Positions 9,595 through 18,600 of a DNA stretch of 64,000 nt are shown here, in pieces; the first letter of the stretch is position 1, and each line of letters starts with the position of its first letter. The stretch lies in sequence record NC_091964.1, one strand, 5' to 3'. A model generated the notes under the pieces. The model was not told the DNA's origin. It did no database searches and saw only the letters and a list, made by a program, of their open reading frames with translations. Both the position numbers and the translations under genes were made by a program.

Positions 9595-9738
9595 ATGCTA
9601 GATTATTTTTTACTATTCTCTCTTCTTGGTTTGTTAGGGCTAGTAATCATAAGTCCTGCGCTTGGGGCTTATATTCTCTGGCGTGGGTTGAGAATGGTGT
9701 TCAGGAAAAGAGTTGGGGTTAACTATGCAAACTTATAA
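9595..9738 (+). CDS. 47-aa membrane peptide (below the ORF-track cutoff)
   Basis: GGGGA RBS; MLDYFLLFSLLGLLGLVIISPALGAYILWRGLRMVFRKRVGVNYANL; overlaps the thyA start. Confidence 0.6.
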   Translation: MLDYFLLFSLLGLLGLVIISPALGAYILWRGLRMVFRKRVGVNYANL

Positions 9739-10897
9739 CGATCGTCTACGTTTCATTTTGGAGCACGGCAAGAAGCGTGGGGACAGAACCGGGGTAGGTA
9801 CTATCTCTTATTTCGGCGGGCATGACGAATACCACATGTTCGACGGGTTCCCGCTTTATGGTAACCGGGCGATTTTGTTGCGCTGGATATTCATGGAACT
9901 CAAGTGGATGTTGCGCGGCGATAGTAACATCCAATGGCTGAAAGATCAGGGCGTCACTATCTGGGATGAATGGGCGGTTACGAAAGAGATGGTAGAACAT
10001 ATGGAGAACTTCAACTCCATACAGTTCACTCTCGATGCCGCTGGTCTACAAGTCGCTGGTAACGAGATTCCTAACGTTTACGACTGCGAGTTCCCAGAGA
10101 TTGTGGAGTTCTTCAGTAAAAACAAAGGAGTGTTGGAAGAGTACTTGTTTGTACGCGAAGGCGATCTGGGCCCGATCTATCCGACCATGTGGCGTAACAA
10201 CAACGGCGTAGACCAGATCCGTGCAACACTCGAATCTATCCGTAAGTATCCGTACAGCCGCCGTCACTGCGTGTCTGCATGGAACCCACGTTACTTGCCA
10301 AAAGAAAACCTGTCTCCTGAAGACAACGTATTCGAAGGCTATGCTGCATTAGCACCGTGTCATCACTTCTTCCAGTTCTACGTGGAAGATCTGACCGTAA
10401 CTGAACGCCTGTTAGTTGCGTGTGGCGATGGTCACAGCCGCCACTTCTGGCGTGATAAAGATGTTCGCAGCAAGGCCTGTCTCATTGCGTTTAATGAGAA
10501 CATTGAAGACGATGAAGAAGTTACTCGTCTACTGGATGACCTTAAGATCCCTTCTCAGGGACTGAGCATCCTGTTCCATATGCGCAGTAATGATACTATC
10601 CTCGGTGCTCCTTATAACATCGCCAGCTATGCAATGCTGCTGAAGATGTACGCAGAGATTCTGGGTATGGCTCCGTTGAAGGTCGTTCATCAGGTCGGCG
10701 ATGCTCACATCTACCTTAACCACGTAGATAAGATCGAAGAGATGCTGAACCGCCCTGTTCCGCCGCTGCCTTCTCTTAACTTCCGCGAAGATCTTCCTTT
10801 CGGTAAGTATAAAGATCCGGTCGAATTCGAGTGGACCGACTTCCAATTGGAAGGTTATGATCCGGGCCCGAAAATGGACTTCCCTATCGCCAAGTAA
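9725..10897 (+). CDS. thyA: Thymidylate synthase with two large insertions
   Basis: DRTGVGT, IWDEW, LAPCH, MRSND, PYNIASY and GDAHIYLNH motifs. Confidence 0.96.
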   Translation: MQTYNDRLRFILEHGKKRGDRTGVGTISYFGGHDEYHMFDGFPLYGNRAILLRWIFMELKWMLRGDSNIQWLKDQGVTIWDEWAVTKEMVEHMENFNSIQFTLDAAGLQVAGNEIPNVYDCEFPEIVEFFSKNKGVLEEYLFVREGDLGPIYPTMWRNNNGVDQIRATLESIRKYPYSRRHCVSAWNPRYLPKENLSPEDNVFEGYAALAPCHHFFQFYVEDLTVTERLLVACGDGHSRHFWRDKDVRSKACLIAFNENIEDDEEVTRLLDDLKIPSQGLSILFHMRSNDTILGAPYNIASYAMLLKMYAEILGMAPLKVVHQVGDAHIYLNHVDKIEEMLNRPVPPLPSLNFREDLPFGKYKDPVEFEWTDFQLEGYDPGPKMDFPIAK

Positions 10898-10959
10898 GGC
10901 CGTAAAAAACGAGTTAGTTGCCTATTAAAATGAGACACTAACAACTTAAGGATTTTGAC

Positions 10960-11301
10960 ATGGCACGTAAATTACACCGTCGTTCTTCTCAACGTCATTT
11001 CTTCCCTGATAAAGAGAAAGGTGGTTCTTTCGATACTATCTATAAAACGGGTAAAGGTATCCGTGACCGCATCGAAGAAACGCGCAGCGATCTTTTCGAT
11101 GGTATTTATAACGGAGCTGATGCTGTTCCTCACCATCGCGCCGATGAAATCCTTCGTCTGGCAGAAGCCGGGTTCGGCGATGAAGAAATTGCCGAGTTCC
11201 TGTTGATCCCGGTTGAAGATATCGAGGTCATTATTCGCGAAGACGAAAAACGCGAAGAGAAAGCACGAGCTGCTATTCGCGCCCTGTTTACAGATCTCTA
11301 A
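10960..11301 (+). CDS. Protein with C-terminal helix-turn-helix
   Basis: EILRLAEAGFGDEEIAEFLLIPVEDIEVII HTH-like pattern. Confidence 0.6.
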   Translation: MARKLHRRSSQRHFFPDKEKGGSFDTIYKTGKGIRDRIEETRSDLFDGIYNGADAVPHHRADEILRLAEAGFGDEEIAEFLLIPVEDIEVIIREDEKREEKARAAIRALFTDL

Positions 11302-11352
11302 TTATTAGGGGCCTTCGGGTCCCTGTCTTTGTTTCGTTTAGGAAAAGAAAAG

Positions 11353-13023
11353 ATGAAAGAAATAACTGCGATTCAAGAAATCAATAAAAACTATTCGCCG
11401 GTAATCAACGGTGTACTGACTCAGTGGGAACGTCGTGAAGGTGCTGTTGTATTCCGCGCGACCGCCGGTAACAGCATTCTCGATCAGCTGGGCGATCTGT
11501 TCGAAGCCAATCTCCCTCAAGACGGCCTTGGCCCTGGCGTTTGCTCCACCTGTCATTCGTTCATCAACACCTACGGTGATCTGGTTTACCATAACCGTAA
11601 AGGTGAGCCGGAATCTGCGCTGTGGAACCCTGACCACGTTCCCCCGAAGTACAAAGCTCTGTTCCGCACTATGCGTGACTTTGTACTGCGCGCTTATCGT
11701 GCTCCTTCTCAGCGCGGTGAGTTTAAAGACTCATATCCTGCTGCGGCTATCAACCAAAACATCCTACCGTACTTTGCGGAAGAGCGTGTGGTTGGTAAAA
11801 TGCAACACGGCAACTTCAATCACTTCTACCTGATCTGGGGCGATGAATCTTACGACGCCGGTAAAGAACGGGCGAAGTATAACGACGGTATCAGCTTCAT
11901 CATCTGGTTCCTGTCCGATCCGAAACGCGTTAAGCGTTTAGAGCGTATGCGTGAGTATGTCAAAGTCACTGACGTACTGGCAGAGAACAACAAGCTCATT
12001 GCTGCGCTGGACGATATGACTAACGTCCTGAGCAAGTGGAAAGAGCATAAACTTCAGTCTTCTGAAGACTTCGCTCATCGTCAAGAACGCATCGTCGGCT
12101 ATGCTCGAGGTAACGCGCATCTGATGTTATCCGAAGGCACTAAGCAACTGCGTGGTGGCGCTGCAAGCGTATTCTTCGAAAACGTTGAAACTCCGGATGA
12201 TATCCCGATGGTTGCTCTGGCGCAGTTCCTGAAAATGACTGACCCGGAAAACTACAAGCGTGTAACCAAAGACTTCAACGAGCGTACGCTGCGTAATGCA
12301 GAAAAAATGATGACCGATGCTGGGCTGGATAAAACGCTTCTGCGTCGTTGCGTTTATAAGGGCGAATCGCTTCCGTTCATCTGGGAAAAAGAAGTTACTG
12401 AGAAAGCGCGTAACCTCAGCTTCCTGGCAAACCTGGAAGGCCAGAAAAGCACCGTTAACACCGCCGCGGATCGCGAGCACCGTAAACGCGAAGTATCCTG
12501 GACAACGTTTGTTGATAAGTACTTGCCTCGTCTGAAAGAGATGTGGCTGGTTCCGCCTGCTAGCGCTAACTACGGTGGTCTGATGACTGCTGCTGAGCCT
12601 GAAGCCCCGAACATCTTTATCTGGGACGGTCCTCTGTCTGCATGGTTCTACACCAAGGGTTCTCACCCGCGTCAGTGGAATCTGAAAGTCGGCGAACTTG
12701 TTCCGGTTAAAGGCGTTATGTTCTCCCCTGAACATACCGGCGGGTTCTCGCCTCTGTTTGATCATCGTCATCTGTTGGTTCTTGATGATGGTTATCACGC
12801 TGGTCCTAACAGCCCGGCGTTGTTCAAAGACTACCTGGATCGTTATAAGTTTGATTATAACCAGCTGGCGAACATCGTGGCGTCCTTCAACGAACGTACT
12901 CCGGTCGATGAAGATAAAGATGCGGTTGTGGTCTATTCTGTAGCGAAAAGAAACCCGAACGTTGTTCTGTTCGCGGAACTGGATCGGGTCTGGACTCGCT
13001 TTGAAATCAAGACCTGGGAGTAA
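11353..13023 (+). CDS. Large conserved phage protein of unknown function (~556 aa)
   Basis: CSTCHSF motif; strongly biased codon use; resembles a widespread phage family (CxxC..FI..YG.LV; VSW..F....LP). Confidence 0.85.
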   Translation: MKEITAIQEINKNYSPVINGVLTQWERREGAVVFRATAGNSILDQLGDLFEANLPQDGLGPGVCSTCHSFINTYGDLVYHNRKGEPESALWNPDHVPPKYKALFRTMRDFVLRAYRAPSQRGEFKDSYPAAAINQNILPYFAEERVVGKMQHGNFNHFYLIWGDESYDAGKERAKYNDGISFIIWFLSDPKRVKRLERMREYVKVTDVLAENNKLIAALDDMTNVLSKWKEHKLQSSEDFAHRQERIVGYARGNAHLMLSEGTKQLRGGAASVFFENVETPDDIPMVALAQFLKMTDPENYKRVTKDFNERTLRNAEKMMTDAGLDKTLLRRCVYKGESLPFIWEKEVTEKARNLSFLANLEGQKSTVNTAADREHRKREVSWTTFVDKYLPRLKEMWLVPPASANYGGLMTAAEPEAPNIFIWDGPLSAWFYTKGSHPRQWNLKVGELVPVKGVMFSPEHTGGFSPLFDHRHLLVLDDGYHAGPNSPALFKDYLDRYKFDYNQLANIVASFNERTPVDEDKDAVVVYSVAKRNPNVVLFAELDRVWTRFEIKTWE

Positions 13024-13025
13024 GT

Positions 13026-13364
13026 ATGACGGATACCCAGTTTTATAACGTGATGTTTATTACTGGCGTATCCCAAGTACTAGCTCTGTTGTTCTGCTGG
13101 ACGGCTTGTTACGTCCAGCGCTTAGGTAAGGACTTAAAGGAACTGCTGATGTTGTTATGGATTATATTCAGCATTTTCCTTCCTTACCTGAGTACCGGCA
13201 TTAATGACATATGCCGCGGTATAATGTTTGTCTGTCTTGTTTGGGCCGCATGTACCTTTGCTAAGTACTTTGGAGATATACGTCGCCGTCGAGCTTTCTA
13301 TATACAGCTATTCATTTCATATATTGCCGCACTTGGATATCTCCTTGCGGTAATGGATCGTTAA
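13026..13364 (+). CDS. Four-TM membrane protein, 112 aa
   Basis: Hydrophobicity pattern. Confidence 0.75.
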   Translation: MTDTQFYNVMFITGVSQVLALLFCWTACYVQRLGKDLKELLMLLWIIFSIFLPYLSTGINDICRGIMFVCLVWAACTFAKYFGDIRRRRAFYIQLFISYIAALGYLLAVMDR

Positions 13365-13380
13365 TAAAAGGAAAATAAGA

Positions 13381-13782
13381 ATGTTACGTCTCGATAAGAT
13401 CAATGTTAATGTTGGTAAAGTTATTCAGTCACGCATCAGCCTGGGGGAAATGTCAGCTCCTCCCCAGCAATACCCGGTTGCCATGATGGAAGTTAACCCC
13501 GGTCAAAACCTGGGTATCACTATCAAACGTCTGGCGAAAGATATCATTTCTCTTCTGGAAGTGGATGTTCCCAATCTGAAAGAAGGTGATCTGGCAGAAA
13601 AGATTCAGTCTATCGTCGACACGGCACTGCCGAAAGGGTTTGCTCAAAACCCAATCCTCCGTACGCTGGAAGTTCCTGGCGAAACATTTGCTGGCGGTGA
13701 TCAACAGGGTAACATGGCGATCATCAGTGTAGGCTGCACCTACAAAAGCGTAGGTATCGGTAACCTGGTGCTCGACAAATGA
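13381..13782 (+). CDS. Hypothetical protein, 133 aa
   Basis: AAGGAAAATAAGA leader; biased codon use. Confidence 0.8.
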   Translation: MLRLDKINVNVGKVIQSRISLGEMSAPPQQYPVAMMEVNPGQNLGITIKRLAKDIISLLEVDVPNLKEGDLAEKIQSIVDTALPKGFAQNPILRTLEVPGETFAGGDQQGNMAIISVGCTYKSVGIGNLVLDK

Positions 13783-14108
13783 TGACGTTTACTCAGCCTT
13801 GGTTCCCGCTGGTCTTCGCTTATTCGCTAGTCATGATCGTGGCGTTGATGGCGTTGCATTTCATGTCGCGCCAACGATTCGCAGGGCATACGGGCGAATT
13901 AGTGATGGTTGTTTTTATGTCTACGGGAATGATGTTACTCGTCTGGGTTCCTATTCCTTGGGTAATCAAGATCTTCCCTGCTCTGTGCCTATCCCTTATT
14001 GGGGCCAGGTTAACGAAAGCACATGAAAGATCCGGGTATCTCATGGGTCAGTGCTGGGTAGCTCTATTCTACTACATCATCGGCGTTTCGGGTGTACTAC
14101 TGAAGTAA
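13779..14108 (+). CDS. Four-TM membrane protein, 109 aa
   Basis: ATGA coupling; hydrophobic helices. Confidence 0.75.
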   Translation: MMTFTQPWFPLVFAYSLVMIVALMALHFMSRQRFAGHTGELVMVVFMSTGMMLLVWVPIPWVIKIFPALCLSLIGARLTKAHERSGYLMGQCWVALFYYIIGVSGVLLK

Positions 14109-14150
14109 ACAGCAAAAAAGAAGGGCCCGAAGGCCCTTCTTTTTTTTTTG
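14108..14150. terminator. Bidirectional terminator (repeat family, copies at 19616 and 52502)
   Basis: A6-GAAGGGCC-CGAA-GGCCCTTC-T10. Confidence 0.9.
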
Positions 14151-14153
14151 CCT

Positions 14154-14690
14154 TTATTCAACCCACCAGTAGTTGAGTACGTAGTGAGGGTCGTACTGAA
14201 CATCATCGACTAAACCCAGTGGCCTCATGTTCTTTCTAATGAGATCCATTGTTTGGGTTGGCGTACCGAAAACAATTAGCCATATATCGACTTGAGGGAC
14301 AGCAGTCTGACTGTATCTCATATCGCCGACAAGAAGTTGATATGGGAGCGGGTTACCATCTGCGTCACAGGGGATACCTGTGGATTTCTGTAATTCAAGC
14401 TTAGCCAGCGCTGTCTGTGTACCGACCGGGGCCGAATATAGCGTAGCCTCTGTCTTCCAGTAACTCGCGTTACCTAACTTACCAGCCGCGTTATCACTGG
14501 AGGGATTATCTGGGTAATTACTCGACCAGTTACCGCTAGTGAGACTGCCCTTTAACTTCATCTTCGGAGCCAGTAACATCAGCTGCTCGATCGTTGTTGA
14601 TTGTGACTTCCCTCCTTGGGTAATCATCAACAAAGCATCCGCTTCGAGACTCTCTACTGTGGGTAGTTCAGAAACCTTAGTTTCGCTCAT
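14154..14690 (-). CDS. Putative tail-associated virion protein, 178 aa
   Basis: N-terminal TKVSELP...ALLMITQGGKS motif typical of tail appendage proteins; late-type promoter. Confidence 0.6.
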   Translation of the reverse strand: MSETKVSELPTVESLEADALLMITQGGKSQSTTIEQLMLLAPKMKLKGSLTSGNWSSNYPDNPSSDNAAGKLGNASYWKTEATLYSAPVGTQTALAKLELQKSTGIPCDADGNPLPYQLLVGDMRYSQTAVPQVDIWLIVFGTPTQTMDLIRKNMRPLGLVDDVQYDPHYVLNYWWVE

Positions 14691-14715
14691 AACTTCCTCC
14701 TTTAACAGCGCTTTT

Positions 14716-14726
14716 TATGAATCATA
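14716..14726. promoter_or_regulatory. TATGAATCATA, candidate bidirectional late promoter
   Basis: Near-palindrome between divergent virion genes. Confidence 0.6.
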
Positions 14727-14742
14727 ATAGGAGTGGCTAATT

Positions 14743-15594
14743 ATGTCTTACAGACCGGAATTAATTCTCGAGCTTGTTGGGGCTATAAATTCCCAAAACG
14801 ATCTCGATCTCAAAGTAGAGGATGTTGAACTCACCTCTCCTGTATTCAACGATGACGCTGTTATGGTGAAAATAGTTAAGGGAGGCGCAGACTATTACGG
14901 CCGTAAGTACGTGACTTATCGCCGCTTAGATCCATCCAAGTTCTTTAAGAACATCCCTGTAAGATCCATTGTTGACAACCTGGGAAAGACGGTTACGGGG
15001 ATACAAGTAATCGCTGTTATTAACACATACTGGCCTGATCTAATCCCTTACGAGGATATCGAACAAGAAGATCTGGAGAAACCGTATACGCTGGGTGAAC
15101 TTCTCTCGATGCCTGCAACATTCCGGTTCAAGGGATCTTCTCAATCGTGGAAAGGTACATTCTCCCTCTCCGTCGCCCAGCGTTTTATTAACCTCGGTTA
15201 TATTGTTGACAACGGTACTGTTAAACTTGAAGGTCCGTCGCCGCAAACCATGCGTAGTTACTACGCCGATTTCACTCCGTATGCTCAGTTACTAAGTGTT
15301 ACGGAATCGACCGGTACTCTTGATGAGGATCTCTTCTACCTTCTATCGAGAGGTTTGCCGGGAATTAACGTTAAGGATGCGGCCATCCTCTACAATGGTA
15401 AGACGGCTAATGCGACTGACTACAAGGTCAACACTGACTTTAGTCACGTAATGCTACTCAAACCTACCGGCGGTACAGAGAAAGATATTGTCTACGTCAA
15501 TTACAACTATAGCAATACTTCAGTAAACGCTATAGTTACAGAGAGCGGCGACATTCTTACCGATGAGTCCGGTAATGTCATTGTATTAGAGTGA
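14743..15594 (+). CDS. Putative tail fibre or baseplate paralog-family virion protein
   Basis: AINSQN...YRRLD N-terminal module of phiKZ/SPN3US-type virion paralogs; C-terminal TESGDILTDESG motif. Confidence 0.65.
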   Translation: MSYRPELILELVGAINSQNDLDLKVEDVELTSPVFNDDAVMVKIVKGGADYYGRKYVTYRRLDPSKFFKNIPVRSIVDNLGKTVTGIQVIAVINTYWPDLIPYEDIEQEDLEKPYTLGELLSMPATFRFKGSSQSWKGTFSLSVAQRFINLGYIVDNGTVKLEGPSPQTMRSYYADFTPYAQLLSVTESTGTLDEDLFYLLSRGLPGINVKDAAILYNGKTANATDYKVNTDFSHVMLLKPTGGTEKDIVYVNYNYSNTSVNAIVTESGDILTDESGNVIVLE

Positions 15595-15612
15595 CACTTA
15601 TAGGTGGATAAA

Positions 15613-18600
15613 ATGAGTGAAGAGTTTTATAAGGATTCAAAGACGGATATTGCTGATCAGCTGAATGCGAACAACGGCACGCACATCACGCCTGATAACA
15701 TCACGCTAGGTATAGTGAATGGCGATAAGGCTATTGTCGGCGATAATGTCAAATATTCTCAGTCGGCGGCTATTGATTTAGTTCCGCGGGACCTGAGTAC
15801 TCTGATTGGGTTCGCACCCATTATCGTAACAGATGTCGACTTTACTTCCGGTCAGATGAAAGTAAAGGACATCATCCCTCTCGTTAACAAAGCTGTAGGT
15901 ACTAACATCTCGGTAGGCGATATCATGAATGCCGAGTTTGTTATTCCTAAACCAATTACCGGTGGCCCTGCTGTAGTAGTGAACTTCAACGGTAATCGGG
16001 TATCCATGGTTAATGATTTCAATGTCATTCTTGTTAAGAAAGACTTCAACTTTTCTGACTGGACTGCTCTAAGCACTGACCATGATATAGAGTGGCTTGG
16101 AACATCAACTGCTCGTAACTACCGTTTCGAGCCAGACAGGTTCTCCGTTGCGATGATTCAGAATATGGAGGACGTCTATGTCGAGACTTGTCAATTCGCC
16201 ATATTGGGCGAAGGTGCCCCTATATTCTTACTGGCGTTAAACGACGCGGATAAGTTTGCGTTGAAGTGGCCAGAAAACATCCAATGGGTCGAGACAGATG
16301 TCCGTGACTTCAAAGGCTCAATGAAGTTCTATCTCTTTACTACGCAGAACAAGGGTCAGTCCTATCGAGCAATGCGTATTAACGGGGATGAACCTTGGGA
16401 AGAACTGCTCTACAAGATTCAGGGACGTTCTATCGACGATCGTCAGGTTGAGTACCTGCTGGATGGTCACGTTAAGTTCTTGAAGGATAACACTGGTAAG
16501 ATCGTGGACCCTCACACCGACCACTTTGTTATCAATGAAAAAGACGTGCTGGTAAACAACCGTCACTTCACGTACAACACTCGCCAGGAAGGACAGCCTG
16601 ATAGTGATGCTACAACCGAGGGTCATTCCCTATTGATCACTGGGTTCATCGAAGCTTATCGTTTAGCTAAATCTCGAGGGAATAGTCTCAAGGCAGCTGA
16701 ATATCTGGCGGCGGCTGAGAAATATTTTCTGTCCTATATCGAAGCGTTCTATGCAGGGGAGTTACCTCCTGACACTCCGTTCCGTTGGTCTTCTAACTGG
16801 ATCGTTAACGGTAAAAGCCCGGTACTGGCTCACTACCCGTTAGCTGCTAGCGATGACTTCCCTACTCACGGCGGGTTTATCGATATTGCGATTACCTTCA
16901 CTAATGGCGTTGGTAAAATTGCCGCAGGTGCGCCTTATTGGGGTGAGTATCTTGATGTTGTAGGTAAGGTCTACACTGGTAAAATGGGCTGGCAGCGTAT
17001 TGATGCGACGCCGTACATGACTGATGCAACAGGCTCACTTGACTGGAAAAATAAGGGTAAGGTTTACGAAGTTGAATCTATCCATACCTGGTCTATGGAG
17101 ATCATTTCTGGTGATGGGGATAAGATCGGTACGTTTACTGATGAATCCTTGAAGGGAACGGTTACACTTAAGGATAAAACGTATACCGGCGATCTCAATA
17201 GTTCCTTCGCTGCTCGCTTACCTGTTGAGCACGGTGGTTACATGTTGGCGACGAACGAATGTCAACATAACCGTCCTTTACAGGTTCCGGTTAATAACCT
17301 GTTCCGCGGTAATGCGTCAGATGCCGAGCAATGGTTCTGTGAAGCTGCCTACGACCTTTGGAAGATCACGGGTGACGATCTGTACAAGAAGTCCTTCGAG
17401 GCTTCTCTATGGACAATCATGGAGTATACGACGATCGATGCTAACGATAAGTTCATCCGTAAAGTTAAGGGTGATGTTCGTTATGACACCGACGGTATTA
17501 CGTACTACTACACCTACCCATCGCAACAGGCAGTTAAGATTGATCGCAACGCTGATGGTTATATTCGTATCCGCTCTGAACGCGCTGAGGGCTTGCAGTT
17601 TACCATGGAGCAGAACGCTATTCCGTTCCGTGTTAATCGTAACTCTGTTCTACAACTTCAGTATGGCGGGATGGATGATAACCAGGGTCTGGTAAACGCG
17701 CGTGCTCAGTTAGTGCTCTCTATCGATAAATCTAAAGAGAAAGAGAAGGTGTATAACATCCCTCTTCCTCCGACGATGGACTCCTTACCGGTGGAGATAA
17801 ATATCCCTATCGGGTCATTAGTAGAGATTACCGATAACGATCCGTTTGAATTAATGGCAGCTAGTGCTATCAGCTGGTCTGAGAATACGAAGGCTTTTCA
17901 GAAATTTGACAGTAGCGTATTCGATGGCCGCACTGCCTCTATTCTCCATGCCCAGCAAACGGACAGCGGAGATATGCAGTTCTCAGTTGGGTTGAGTAAG
18001 AAACGCGTTATCAGCAGTGTTATCTATCGTGCCAATATCGACATGAACATTCGTATCATTGATGCTGACGGATGGCGTTGGTGGGCGATGCTACCTGCGA
18101 GCACTGAATGGGTAGGGACTGATTACACAGATCAATCTTGGACCTTGGCTTCTTATCAGACCAATCCTGAAACAGACCCTCGCCCTACTGCGGTTAACTG
18201 GGGCGGCGGGGTTGATGAAGTGACTTTCCTGCCAGATGGAACCTCTAAGGAACTTGACTACATCGACCTGTACACTTTAAATGGTACGCCAACCACTTAT
18301 GCAGTAGATGACGGGTACACTATGTTGTTTGGTTTGACCTTCTACATGGATGCACCGGCGACTGTTTATTTGGGCGACTGTACTATTAAAGGACAGCGAC
18401 TGGATGCACTTCCTTATACCCCAGGTATCATTCCGTTCTCTAACAACAGTGTTCCTAACGCACCAACGTTCGACTCCTGGCGAGGACAGCCGTATCCGGG
18501 TTACCAATACCCGTTCTACTACGCCCTCCAAACTCTGGAAGAAAACCCTAACCGCGATCTCATGATCTCTAACGTTATTGACTTCTGGTACGACTCCCAG

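Noticed and set aside
9725-10897. thyA as a dUMP/dCMP hydroxymethylase for modified DNA
   Set aside because: The dUMP-specifying Asn and folate-binding motifs are canonical, and no base-modification genes lie nearby.
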